Virus record (IMG/VR): IMGVR_UViG_3300030101_003884
From: an uncultured virus (IMG/VR IMGVR_UViG_3300030101_003884)
Taxonomy: Duplodnaviria > Heunggongvirae > Uroviricota > Caudoviricetes
Direction: 5' to 3' (one strand)
Length of the DNA: 56,623 nt
Of the stretch, positions 17,766 through 26,973 are shown one piece after another (the first letter of the stretch is position 1; every line of letters begins with the position of its first letter). Position numbers and translations under genes: made by a program. The notes under the pieces were generated by a model that worked only from the letters and a program-made list of their open reading frames with translations, was not told where the DNA came from and did no database searches.

Positions 17766-17982
17766 AAATTTTAGTAAGCTTGGAGCACATGTCATAAGCC
17801 TTTTTTTTGTCCATTGTAAAGGATCGTGGAAGTTTCTTATAACCTGGCTCTTCATAAACTCTGTTATAAAGATCCCACATTCTTTCAAGATAATACATAC
17901 GCTCTTCACCTGTCATCAGAGCTAAAATAATAATAGATTCTTTTAATAATCCCTTATTCTTGATGTTCATTAGCATAACCAC
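17755..17982 (-). CDS. Hypothetical protein
   Basis: ORF in operon. Confidence 0.6.
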   Translation of the reverse strand: MVMLMNIKNKGLLKESIIILALMTGEERMYYLERMWDLYNRVYEEPGYKKLPRSFTMDKKKAYDMCSKLTKIFGH

Positions 17983-18020
17983 GATGCGGGAAAAGATGAT
18001 ATGGAAAAATTACACCGTGG

Positions 18021-18272
18021 TTAAGCATTTTTAACGACTAGCTTTATGCCCCTAGATTCAGCAGCACGTTTACGCCCTAATCGCCATCTATCCTCAATTT
18101 TATCAAGGAAAGAAAGACTGAAATTTCCTAAACCAAAGTCATTTCCACAATACAACTGAAACATCAAACTAGTTAACTCATCATAAGTTTTTTTGTTTGG
18201 ACACACCATTACTAGCTTATCCAACGCCTGATTTAATGCTTCTTCACTGCTTTTTTTTACAGCTTTACCCAC
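18021..18272 (-). CDS. Hypothetical protein
   Basis: Probable GTG start after AAAGGA. Confidence 0.65.
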   Translation of the reverse strand: MGKAVKKSSEEALNQALDKLVMVCPNKKTYDELTSLMFQLYCGNDFGLGNFSLSFLDKIEDRWRLGRKRAAESRGIKLVVKNA

Positions 18273-18468
18273 AAAATATCCTTTTATTAAAGTTAATTTT
18301 GTTTTTCGTTGTTCGGTGAAAATAAAGTGTTTTGAAAGCCCCACTTTTTCATTTAGGCTTAGGAATACATTTTAACCTATTATTAAATATGTGACTTAAA
18401 TGCAACAATTAAATTTAAAAAAATTGCGGGTATTAATTAAAGGGAGGTAATAATTATGGGTAATTAAT

Positions 18469-18500
18469 AAAAAGGTGGCGTTAGTCTCCCGTACGCCACC
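18469..18500 (-). terminator. Rho-independent terminator
   Basis: GGTGGCGT...ACGCCACC stem followed by TTTTT on the minus strand. Confidence 0.7.
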
Positions 18501-18540
18501 CCGATCTCTCGGTTCAAAGGTTAACCATCCAACCTGTGAT

Positions 18541-18756
18541 CTATTTACCTTTTAGAAGTTTGTTGCCTTCTGCAAGTAAATTCTGTTTCATTTTATCATA
18601 GCTAATATTTTGTTTTTTAGCTATTTTTTTGACTTCATCGTCTACCAATTTAGCTATCATATTACCAGGTCTTCTAAAACCATTTTGGCCCATAGCTCTA
18701 ATAATTGTATATGATTCAATATCAACTGCACAAGATTTCCATTTATTTATATTCAT
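18541..18756 (-). CDS. Putative ribbon-helix-helix DNA-binding protein
   Basis: MNINKWKSCAVDIESY... start after GGAGG; beta-alpha-alpha pattern. Confidence 0.6.
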   Translation of the reverse strand: MNINKWKSCAVDIESYTIIRAMGQNGFRRPGNMIAKLVDDEVKKIAKKQNISYDKMKQNLLAEGNKLLKGK

Positions 18757-18764
18757 GATTCCTC

Positions 18765-18872
18765 CTAATAAAATATTACGTAAAGCAAACCACCAAAAAT
18801 TCCTAATATTATTTTTGCTGGCAATAAAAACATAATTCCACAAATGATTGTTTTTAAAATTAAATTATTCAT
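18765..18872 (-). CDS. Small membrane peptide (35 aa)
   Basis: Manual ORF MNNLILKTIICGIMFLLPAKIILGIFGGLLYVIFY. Confidence 0.55.
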   Translation of the reverse strand: MNNLILKTIICGIMFLLPAKIILGIFGGLLYVIFY

Positions 18873-19128
18873 CTTCTTCTAGTCCTTTCAATTGGTCATA
18901 GCAAAGTTCTGCTGAAAGTTTTTCATTCAGTGGGTATATTGGAAACTCAACAAATTTCATACCACACTGTTGTAATTTACGCATAACAGTTTGAAACTCA
19001 TCATCAGAATATTCTAAAGGTTGACCTGTCACTGTATGTCTTGGAAGTTCACATAAAATATTGTCAACATCTTGACACCATTCTTTAAACACATCAGAGC
19101 TGTTAGTCATTTTAATTTTACTTGCCAT
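18865..19128 (-). CDS. Hypothetical protein
   Basis: ORF in operon. Confidence 0.65.
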   Translation of the reverse strand: MASKIKMTNSSDVFKEWCQDVDNILCELPRHTVTGQPLEYSDDEFQTVMRKLQQCGMKFVEFPIYPLNEKLSAELCYDQLKGLEEDE

Positions 19129-19402
19129 TGAATATCCCTTCCAAATCTTTAAATGGATTTGACTCTACAATACCTAATGCATCTTTCAACCTTTGATTTT
19201 CTTCTGTTAGTTTTTTTATGTTTTCATGTAATTCATCCATGTTTGCTAACAGCTTTTTTTGTGCTTCAGCTAGTTTCTCTAAAGCTTCACTTAAAGTATC
19301 ATCTTTAACTTCCATCTCTTTTGTTAAAACCAAAGGTGGTATATCGTTTGAAGTTGTCTGAGGCACTTTGTTTCCAGCTATTGTTTTTATATTTATTGTC
19401 AT
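19118..19402 (-). CDS. Hypothetical coiled-coil protein
   Basis: GAGGAG RBS; upstream promoter TTGCAT-ATCCCAT...-TATATT. Confidence 0.7.
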   Translation of the reverse strand: MTINIKTIAGNKVPQTTSNDIPPLVLTKEMEVKDDTLSEALEKLAEAQKKLLANMDELHENIKKLTEENQRLKDALGIVESNPFKDLEGIFNGK

Positions 19403-19489
19403 CTATACTCCTCTTTGTTATGATTTATAATATCCTAAATATAATTATTTTAATGGGATATGCAAGTAATTAATAAAAAAAGATAATAT

Positions 19490-19738
19490 ATGAAATATGC
19501 ACTAATCTTATACATGTGTTCAATGGCAACTCAAACTTGCCCAGATTACACTATTACTGGTATGTATTTTAATGATCACTATCAATGTGCTTTAGCAGGT
19601 TATAAATTATCACATAATACAATGAAAGAATTACAGCCTGAAGATGTAAATTTAGACAGATTAGCTATCAAATTTGAGTGTAAACCCTACGAAATTAAGG
19701 ATATAGTTCCCCCACCAAAGCCCAAGATACCCGCATAG
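19490..19738 (+). CDS. Hypothetical Cys-containing protein
   Basis: MKYALILYMCS...C...C...IKFEC pattern typical of pelagiphage small proteins. Confidence 0.7.
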   Translation: MKYALILYMCSMATQTCPDYTITGMYFNDHYQCALAGYKLSHNTMKELQPEDVNLDRLAIKFECKPYEIKDIVPPPKPKIPA

Positions 19739-19773
19739 TTGCATTTATATCACATTTTGTTATATAATAGCTT

Positions 19774-20040
19774 ATGAAGCTTTATCGCGTCCAAGCAAAT
19801 TATAAAAATATATATGTTGATGAGACGCTTGAGGCCAAGAACGATAAGGCTGCTCTTGAGTGTTTTGTAAAGAAGGTTGACTCGGGAGATATAATTGAAA
19901 AAGAAGGGCCAGGATTTCATGACCCAAATTTTCTTTTTCTAACCTTCGAGGAGGTAGACCGAGATGGCACTACAAAAGTTAATATCGGAGAAACTTCAAT
20001 TGGAGTCCAAGTGGGCAACACAAGCGTTGGAGCAGGGTAG
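19774..20040 (+). CDS. Hypothetical protein
   Basis: ORF after TTGCAT...TATAAT promoter-like sequence. Confidence 0.65.
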   Translation: MKLYRVQANYKNIYVDETLEAKNDKAALECFVKKVDSGDIIEKEGPGFHDPNFLFLTFEEVDRDGTTKVNIGETSIGVQVGNTSVGAG

Positions 20041-20152
20041 AGTGACTCCTGACATGAAGTGGATAGATATAAAGATCAAAAATCTTAAAGTTAAGATTAA
20101 TGATCAAAGTGTTGAAGACGCACAAATAGGTCTTTTAGACATAGCTAGTTAA
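19964..20152 (+). CDS. Hypothetical protein
   Basis: GAGGAGG upstream; coherent ORF. Confidence 0.6.
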   Translation: MALQKLISEKLQLESKWATQALEQGRVTPDMKWIDIKIKNLKVKINDQSVEDAQIGLLDIAS

Positions 20153-20335
20153 TTTAGCTAAAAAAAATCAATTTTTTTCCCAAGACTAATGCGCTCTAAA
20201 TTTTCGTAAAAAGCATTCAGTGTCGCATCTAGAATAAAACCCCTGCAACAGGCAGTCGTCTACTATTCAATAAAATAAAAAAGTGAAAAATTGCTCATGG
20301 TATAATAGTGAATAAAAAATAAAAGGAGAGCAAAA

Positions 20336-20449
20336 ATGTTTGAATGGAAACACCCAAGTTATTACAAAGAGTTAAGAAAATTAAGAGATGAAGCTGAAGA
20401 GGAAGTAAAAAAACAGGAAGAAGAAAAAGAGGAGGAGTCAGAAGAATAA
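20336..20449 (+). CDS. Small acidic protein (37 aa)
   Basis: MFEWKHPSYYKELRKLRDEAEEE...; AAGGAG RBS and TGGTATAAT extended -10. Confidence 0.6.
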   Translation: MFEWKHPSYYKELRKLRDEAEEEVKKQEEEKEEESEE

Positions 20450-20450
20450 T

Positions 20451-22319
20451 TTATTCTTTTGCTTCACCCCATGATTTACCAAGTGCAACATCGACTTTTG
20501 AAGGAACTTTAAAATCAGTAATAGCATTTTCCATAATCTCTTTAACATTTTTAATGTCGGATTCTTTATCAATTGAAAAACATAATTCATCATGTATTTG
20601 TAATAATGGTTTATAACCTGCTTTATAACAATCAATCATAGCTTGTTTTGTTTGGTCCGCTGCAGAACCCTGTATTAATCTGTTTAAAGCTTTATAAGTA
20701 AAAGCTCTTCTAATATTATTTCCATAAACCGCTTTAGCCTCCTCATATTGCATGGCTTTGTTCATTCCAAAGGTAGAGGGCTCCCACATGTCGAATCGGC
20801 ATTTACGACCCCTTATCGTGCGAATAAAGCCATATTTTGAAGCAGAGCTAGACACGTCTGTAGCTAATTGTTTAACAAAAGGGACTCTTTGGCCATATTT
20901 AATTAAAAGATTTTCCGCTTTATCTTTAGAAATACCTAATTCTTTTGCTAATTTTGCCTTCCCCATGCCATAAAATAGACCCAAATTAATCGTTTTAGCT
21001 TGTGTTCTTGTAATTTGTGCCATATCTGCAACTATTTGGTGAAAATCAGCTGACTCGTTCTTATAAGCTTCAATAAACTCTAAACTCCCAGAAAACTCAT
21101 TATTAGTAGAGGCAGCGTAATGAGCAACTATTCTTGGTTCTTGTTGTGAATAATCAAAACTACCCCATTGTCTACCTTCTTCAGGTAAAAATAAACTTCT
21201 TATTTTATTTCCATATTCTTTGTTTCTTGCAGGAATCTGTTGTAAATTGGGGTTAGAATAGGACAGTCTTCCTGACACAGTTCCTCCCTGATCAGATCTA
21301 AGTTGATTTATTTCTGAATGTATTCTACCTTTATGAACATATCTTTGAATGGAGTCTATGAATGTTGAATGGAATTTATTTATTTCTCTTGCTTCTCTTA
21401 TTAGTTGCGCTATCGGGTTATCACAGTTTACTAACCAGTTTTGGGTAAAGCTTGGTTCTCCGGTTTTCGGTGTCCGTGGGTAGTCTACTCCTATCCTATC
21501 AAACACCTGCGCTACAGATCTTGCAGCCCAAATATCTACATCAAGAGTAGTTTGTTTTTTTATATTATGTAAAACCTCTGATTCTTTTTTTTTAAATTCT
21601 TTTTTAAGCTTTGCTGCTTGAGCTTCGTCTACCCTTATACCTTTTCTTCTTGTTTCAATTAGTATAGGTAGGAGCTCCATCTCCATATCCCAAACATCAT
21701 TAAGACTTTGTTTAGAAATTTCTGTTTTAAATCTTTCCCATAGACGTAAAGTCAAAGCTGCATCTTGTTCAGCATAAAATCCAACATAGCCTGCAGGTAA
21801 TCTCCAAAGGTCAGCTTTCGGATCTATACCCCACTCTTTTGCTTTTTCATTTAAAAATGTTTCGTTTTTTATTTCACCAAGATAATCTTTGGCACATGCA
21901 TTAAGACTAAAACTATATCTGTTTTCGTTTATTAAAGCTGCAGCAATCATTGTATCAACTATTTGACCACGTATTTCAAAACCATTTACCAATAACCAAC
22001 CTACGTCATAACTTGCATTATGAAAAATTTTTGTAGCTGGTAATTTTAATATATCTTGAAACCACGCGCAGGTTATCGACAGATCCATATTACCACCTGC
22101 ATCGTGTTGAATAGGAAAATACCATTGTTGGCCAAGAGCTGCCACTGCAAAACCAACTATACCACCATCAAAAGTTGCCCAACCCGCACCTTTAGTTTTA
22201 ATGTTAGGATCTTTTGTTTCTAAATCGATCGCTATTTCTTTTGCTTGTGATAAATCAGGATATTCCGATGGACATATCCAGTCGCTATCGTTGTATATAA
22301 AATTAAGTTGATGAGTCAT
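20451..22319 (-). CDS. polA: DNA polymerase family A with 3'-5' exonuclease
   Basis: DLET ExoI, HNASYD, GRLS...PNLQQIP, DYSQQEPR, RTQAKTINLGLFYG, IHDE. Confidence 0.95.
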   Translation of the reverse strand: MTHQLNFIYNDSDWICPSEYPDLSQAKEIAIDLETKDPNIKTKGAGWATFDGGIVGFAVAALGQQWYFPIQHDAGGNMDLSITCAWFQDILKLPATKIFHNASYDVGWLLVNGFEIRGQIVDTMIAAALINENRYSFSLNACAKDYLGEIKNETFLNEKAKEWGIDPKADLWRLPAGYVGFYAEQDAALTLRLWERFKTEISKQSLNDVWDMEMELLPILIETRRKGIRVDEAQAAKLKKEFKKKESEVLHNIKKQTTLDVDIWAARSVAQVFDRIGVDYPRTPKTGEPSFTQNWLVNCDNPIAQLIREAREINKFHSTFIDSIQRYVHKGRIHSEINQLRSDQGGTVSGRLSYSNPNLQQIPARNKEYGNKIRSLFLPEEGRQWGSFDYSQQEPRIVAHYAASTNNEFSGSLEFIEAYKNESADFHQIVADMAQITRTQAKTINLGLFYGMGKAKLAKELGISKDKAENLLIKYGQRVPFVKQLATDVSSSASKYGFIRTIRGRKCRFDMWEPSTFGMNKAMQYEEAKAVYGNNIRRAFTYKALNRLIQGSAADQTKQAMIDCYKAGYKPLLQIHDELCFSIDKESDIKNVKEIMENAITDFKVPSKVDVALGKSWGEAKE

Positions 22320-22422
22320 TTAATAAATATCTCATTAAAGTTGTAGTTGGATTAAAATCATAATCTTTTACACAAGATGTCAAAATTACAGATACGCAAA
22401 TGATAAAAATTATTTTTCTCAT
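22303..22422 (-). CDS. Small putative lipoprotein (39 aa)
   Basis: MRKIIFIICVSVILTSC lipobox-like signal. Confidence 0.5.
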   Translation of the reverse strand: MRKIIFIICVSVILTSCVKDYDFNPTTTLMRYLLNDSST

Positions 22423-22595
22423 TGTTTTATTTTACTAAAATTAGTGTCCTCTATAACTTTCATTTTCTTAATTGGCAACCCAAGGTAAAAAATATAACAT
22501 TCAGCGCAGTAATAATCATACTTATAAACTGCAACTGCATAAGCATGATGACATCTTTCACAATTAATTAATTTAGTTTTTTTTCTTTTTTTCAT
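22419..22595 (-). CDS. Small Zn-finger-like protein (58 aa)
   Basis: Manual ORF with CERC...YCAEC. Confidence 0.55.
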   Translation of the reverse strand: MKKRKKTKLINCERCHHAYAVAVYKYDYYCAECYIFYLGLPIKKMKVIEDTNFSKIKQ

Positions 22596-22836
22596 CTCTT
22601 TTATCTTTAAGATGTTTAATCTCTAAGTCACAATAATGTTTTATTTTTTCTAAATCCTGTAATGGATTGCCTTTTAATAAATACCTACAAACGTATTTAA
22701 TTATATTTGCTTGCAATGGATTTAAATTATTTTTTCTTATAAATGTCCAAGGTTGTATAACAAATCTTTTATAATGAGATCCTCCGACTTGTTTACCATC
22801 TGGAAAGGTTTCATCGAACATATCTTTATGTGTCAT
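22573..22836 (-). CDS. DUF3310 / T7 gp1.7-like putative nucleotide kinase
   Basis: QVGGSHY, NIIKYVCR, DLEKIKHY. Confidence 0.8.
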   Translation of the reverse strand: MTHKDMFDETFPDGKQVGGSHYKRFVIQPWTFIRKNNLNPLQANIIKYVCRYLLKGNPLQDLEKIKHYCDLEIKHLKDKRDEKKKKN

Positions 22837-23036
22837 ATTTTAAATTCCTGTAAAATTTTAATTTTTTCTTCAGCTTGTGCTATTTTATCTACTAATTTAT
22901 CTACCTCATCAATATGTTGTGGATGTTCTCCTATCCCAACCGCTTTTTCAAAATATATTTTTATTGTAGCTTCAGCTTCTGATATCTGTGCATTATATCT
23001 ATCTTCCAAAGCATTTATAATTAATTTTCTAAACAT
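22833..23036 (-). CDS. Conserved hypothetical protein
   Basis: VGIGEHP motif. Confidence 0.75.
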   Translation of the reverse strand: MFRKLIINALEDRYNAQISEAEATIKIYFEKAVGIGEHPQHIDEVDKLVDKIAQAEEKIKILQEFKI

Positions 23037-24639
23037 AGTTTGCCTCGTATTGTTTAAAGTATTTTCCTAAAGGAAAGTTATATTGATGATAAGTACCTAA
23101 CAGATGAAGCGTTTGTTTACATCTAGTAGCACCAGTGTACCAAACTCTTAACTCTTTAACTTTATCTGCTAAATTTTTTTTATCAAAATGAGATGGGAAG
23201 TTGCATTTACTTGCTAAAACAACATTATCAGCTTCTCCACCTTTTACTTGATGTATTGTATCTATAATAATTTTAGGTGGTTGTGTTAAATCCACACCTT
23301 CTTTCATTAACTTTTGAAAATATTGTTTATCTTTGTCTTTAAATTTTCTTTTAAACACCTGATTCCATGAACTTTTTTCATCTCGCATACCACACCTTAA
23401 ATGTAATTCATCAAAAGTAAAGACTTGATTTGGATGTGCAAAACTCCACTTTTTACTATCTGATGACCGGTAGCCGTGATCTATGTTTAATAAATATTCA
23501 TACATGGTAACAGCTTCCTCTCTATTTATGCTGCCACCCTCACATATTTTTTCCCAATATTGTATTGCATAAAACTGATTCGGATCAAATGATTTATTAT
23601 TCTTTTGATCTTGGTAATATAAGCCAAGATTTTTAGCCTCTGTTTGTAATTCTTTTTTAACATCGTTTATTCTTGCAAGAACCATCCAACTCCCATCCAT
23701 ATCCCAAGGAACTTTTTTTAAACCATTCCATCTAAAAATAGCCCCGTCTTTGTCATTAGAATAAAATTCTTTTGGCACTCTATTGTCACCCATAGAATTT
23801 AATAAACATTTAGAAAAAAAGTGAATGTTTTTATTTAATCTTACTGATTTTTTTAACACAAGCGATTTTCCTGGAAAGGTTTGAAATAAAGATACATCAG
23901 CACCATTCCATTCGTATATTGCTTGATCGTCATCTCCTGCGATGTAAACACGTTCTACGCCTTCAGACATTTTTACAACCATATCCCACTGTAAAGGTGT
24001 AAGGTCTTGAGCTTCATCTACCATTAATACTTTAAAAGGCACTACTAAACCATCACTAATAAATTTTTCTACCATATCAGTAAAATCTAATCTATCCGGT
24101 GTCCGTTGTCCGTTCTCTAGTTCCATTGTTTTAAATTCTTCGTAGCCATTAATAATTGATTTAAATTGCTGCAACCTTACAGCTTTTCTAGATTGCTGTT
24201 TGTAAAGCCATACAGGATCTACCTTCATGTTTCTTGCTCTATCATATATTTGTAAAGACCAATTGTTGTAAACCTTTTGATCATCGTGGCCTTCTTTGTA
24301 TTTAATTTTAATTGTTCCATATTGTGTATGAAATATAAGCATATCTGCTTTTGGATCTAATACAGGTATTTCAGCAAACTGTTGTCTTGCAAGAGAGTGG
24401 AGTGTCCTAAAATATTTAAACGCATCTTCATCATAACCCTTAAATTTTTGTCTAACTCTAGTCACACATTCATTTACAGCTTTGTTTGTAAAAGATACAT
24501 AACATATCTCATCAGGAGAATATCCCTTTTCAAGATAACGTTTTACACGTTTCAAAAGGTTTTCTGTTTTTCCAGTGCCTGGTGGTCCAAAAATTTTAAT
24601 TGTCTTCCCACGCAGCCTTTGCTTTAACGAATTTGACAT
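23029..24639 (-). CDS. UvrD/Rep-like SF1 DNA helicase
   Basis: GPPGTGKT, VDEAQD, GDDDQAIY, TIHQVKGGE, YTGATR. Confidence 0.9.
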   Translation of the reverse strand: MSNSLKQRLRGKTIKIFGPPGTGKTENLLKRVKRYLEKGYSPDEICYVSFTNKAVNECVTRVRQKFKGYDEDAFKYFRTLHSLARQQFAEIPVLDPKADMLIFHTQYGTIKIKYKEGHDDQKVYNNWSLQIYDRARNMKVDPVWLYKQQSRKAVRLQQFKSIINGYEEFKTMELENGQRTPDRLDFTDMVEKFISDGLVVPFKVLMVDEAQDLTPLQWDMVVKMSEGVERVYIAGDDDQAIYEWNGADVSLFQTFPGKSLVLKKSVRLNKNIHFFSKCLLNSMGDNRVPKEFYSNDKDGAIFRWNGLKKVPWDMDGSWMVLARINDVKKELQTEAKNLGLYYQDQKNNKSFDPNQFYAIQYWEKICEGGSINREEAVTMYEYLLNIDHGYRSSDSKKWSFAHPNQVFTFDELHLRCGMRDEKSSWNQVFKRKFKDKDKQYFQKLMKEGVDLTQPPKIIIDTIHQVKGGEADNVVLASKCNFPSHFDKKNLADKVKELRVWYTGATRCKQTLHLLGTYHQYNFPLGKYFKQYEANYV

Positions 24640-26167
24640 CTTTATTTTTATGTTCAGTTTGTTTTGGTAAGTTTACTACCCAATGCCTAGTTTGTATCCC
24701 TTTAAATTTAGCTTTTGGTTTAGCACCACCTTGTTCTAAAAATCTTGTGCACTCTTTTTCATTCCAATTATAGCTCATTTTTTTCATAAAAGCTCTAAAC
24801 GTTTCAAGTTTGAATCTCATCTCTGTTTCATCACGCCATATATTACCACTATCTATTTGATCAAATTCAGTAGTATCCTCAACGTCTTCTAAAAACCTAC
24901 CCATTCTAGAATTAAATACATCACTACCTTCTTCTCCTGCATCGAACCCTTCCATATCTTGTTTGTTAGAAATTAATTCTTCTAACCAATCTCTATATGG
25001 ATCAGGATCTCTTTTTGTAGGCTTTAATGCCCTCCATACAATATCAAAATTTAAAAGTTGTTCTCCTAATAATTGTTGTTGATATAATTGTTTTGTTGAA
25101 AGTCTTATTGATTTACCTTGTATCGGTAAAATCCAATAAGGTTCAGGATATGAATTTACTTTAATAAGTTTACCAACTTCTGGTAGTGCTTCGTTTGCAC
25201 CAATACCTAATTTACGTTTTACACATTCACTTGATACACAATGCATTCGAGCAATTGAAGTTTTACATTTATAAGCATATTCTTTATTCTCTACTCCCTT
25301 AAATATATTTTGTAATTCTTTAGGATGTAATTTTTCACTACAAACTTTTGCCATCATCTCTCTTGTCCATTCTTCATACATAACAGGATCAGGATTAATT
25401 TTTTTTGCTAACACTGCTACGTTAAACATAGCGTCATTTCTACCTTCACCTTTTTGAACTTTGTTTTTCATAAAGTTTACAACACAAGGTGGATAGTCTT
25501 TTGTTTCATCATCTTGAAATATTTTTAATTTTTTAAAAGTGTTAGGATTTAATCTAAATTTTTTTACAAACTCAAATAAGTTTTCTAATTTAATAGAGTT
25601 ACAATTATCATCCATAGCAACTCTAGTTGTCATATTAAATTTTTGATATGGTAAGTTTACAAAATTACCTTTTCTCTTTTCATCCCAGTTTTCGGGAGTA
25701 AGATCTACTTCATCTTGTGCAGGAAAAATATCTGTAGTGGTATCATTAATACCAAGGTCGGAAGCTAACTCAATTAACTTTTTACGCATCGCAGATGCAG
25801 GAACTACACCTTCGATAAATAAAATTAAATGGAGTCCGTTGGATTTTGATCTGAATGGAATGAGTGGGTATTTCCTTTTCCGTATAACCGATATAATTTC
25901 CTGATGCTGTATATTATAACGATCAACATCGATGACCCCCCAACTGCATGTATTATCATCTCGAATGGGAACTGATCCATAGTAAGCTTCTCCTTTTAAA
26001 TGTTGCAACCAATGATCTTTTGTCATCGGAGAAGGTTCAACCCAATGTTTGAAATCTGCTTTCCCTTTAGAGTTTTTCTTACCCGTTGGTTTAGAAACAC
26101 CAAAATATGTAGTAGAGCCCTGAAAGAGTTCTATAAACTCTTCCAGGGTTTTGTCAAGTAGGTCCAT
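24596..26167 (-). CDS. Putative primase (AEP-like with PriCT-like domain)
   Basis: IDVD, RSKSNGLH, GNFVNLPY, PPC...GEGRND. Confidence 0.75.
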   Translation of the reverse strand: MDLLDKTLEEFIELFQGSTTYFGVSKPTGKKNSKGKADFKHWVEPSPMTKDHWLQHLKGEAYYGSVPIRDDNTCSWGVIDVDRYNIQHQEIISVIRKRKYPLIPFRSKSNGLHLILFIEGVVPASAMRKKLIELASDLGINDTTTDIFPAQDEVDLTPENWDEKRKGNFVNLPYQKFNMTTRVAMDDNCNSIKLENLFEFVKKFRLNPNTFKKLKIFQDDETKDYPPCVVNFMKNKVQKGEGRNDAMFNVAVLAKKINPDPVMYEEWTREMMAKVCSEKLHPKELQNIFKGVENKEYAYKCKTSIARMHCVSSECVKRKLGIGANEALPEVGKLIKVNSYPEPYWILPIQGKSIRLSTKQLYQQQLLGEQLLNFDIVWRALKPTKRDPDPYRDWLEELISNKQDMEGFDAGEEGSDVFNSRMGRFLEDVEDTTEFDQIDSGNIWRDETEMRFKLETFRAFMKKMSYNWNEKECTRFLEQGGAKPKAKFKGIQTRHWVVNLPKQTEHKNKDVKFVKAKAAWEDN

Positions 26168-26168
26168 A

Positions 26169-26963
26169 CTAGAATGGAGTTTTTTCTACTGATTCTTCTT
26201 TACCGTGGTTAACTCTTACTGCACCCTTCTTACAAGTTTCATAAAACTCATAAGCTGCTTTTATTGTTTCTTCGCTCTCCACTGTTCCTTTATGCTCTAT
26301 CTCCCATCCATACCAAGATCCAAGATTGTTTTTTTCTAAAACAGTCTTCATATTGTACATTTGAGTAAACGGAGCGGGTTTAAAGAACCCCTTACCATCC
26401 TTTTTCTTTGCTCTCAAAGACATCATCATAGAATTCCATTTTTTGGACTTCTTTCTTTGAGTTGACTTCATAGTAATTAATGCAGTTGAAGACTTATCTT
26501 CTTCTACAATCATTACATAATGAGATGCTGTCTCTTCTATGTAATTACCATTTTCAAGTCTATCTTTACCATCGTCACCTCTGGTAGTTTTACTCATGAT
26601 ATCCGAATCGGCAGGATATACATTTATAGGAGCAGAACTGCCTTCTTGTCCTCTATCTCTCCACTCAATGTATTCTAATTTATAATAACAAGGTATAACT
26701 GTAATTCCTTGTTGACCGTTGTAAAGTTCATCGGTCACTGTATTATAAATCATTCCAGGTCTTGCAGTTTCAATAAACTGACTATCTCCTTGAGTAACTT
26801 GAGGTGATAATTGTCCTAGAACTTTTAGGAATGGTAATGCTAGACTTTTTGAATCTACATTATCAAAACCTGTGTCAGCAAATTGTTCGATATTTATCGC
26901 TGCAACTGCTCCTGCTTCTTTTTTAATCGCCACTTGGTTCGATTGTCCGTCTTTTAGTTTCAT
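26169..26963 (-). CDS. Putative ssDNA-binding protein
   Basis: LPFLKVLGQLSPQ, YIEW, acidic C-terminus ending PF; replication context. Confidence 0.6.
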   Translation of the reverse strand: MKLKDGQSNQVAIKKEAGAVAAINIEQFADTGFDNVDSKSLALPFLKVLGQLSPQVTQGDSQFIETARPGMIYNTVTDELYNGQQGITVIPCYYKLEYIEWRDRGQEGSSAPINVYPADSDIMSKTTRGDDGKDRLENGNYIEETASHYVMIVEEDKSSTALITMKSTQRKKSKKWNSMMMSLRAKKKDGKGFFKPAPFTQMYNMKTVLEKNNLGSWYGWEIEHKGTVESEETIKAAYEFYETCKKGAVRVNHGKEESVEKTPF

Positions 26964-26973
26964 TTTTTACCTA

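Noticed and set aside
18541..18843. 100-aa version of the RHH-like ORF
   Set aside because: A GGAGG RBS supports the start at 18756; the upstream DNA is better explained by the membrane peptide 18765-18872
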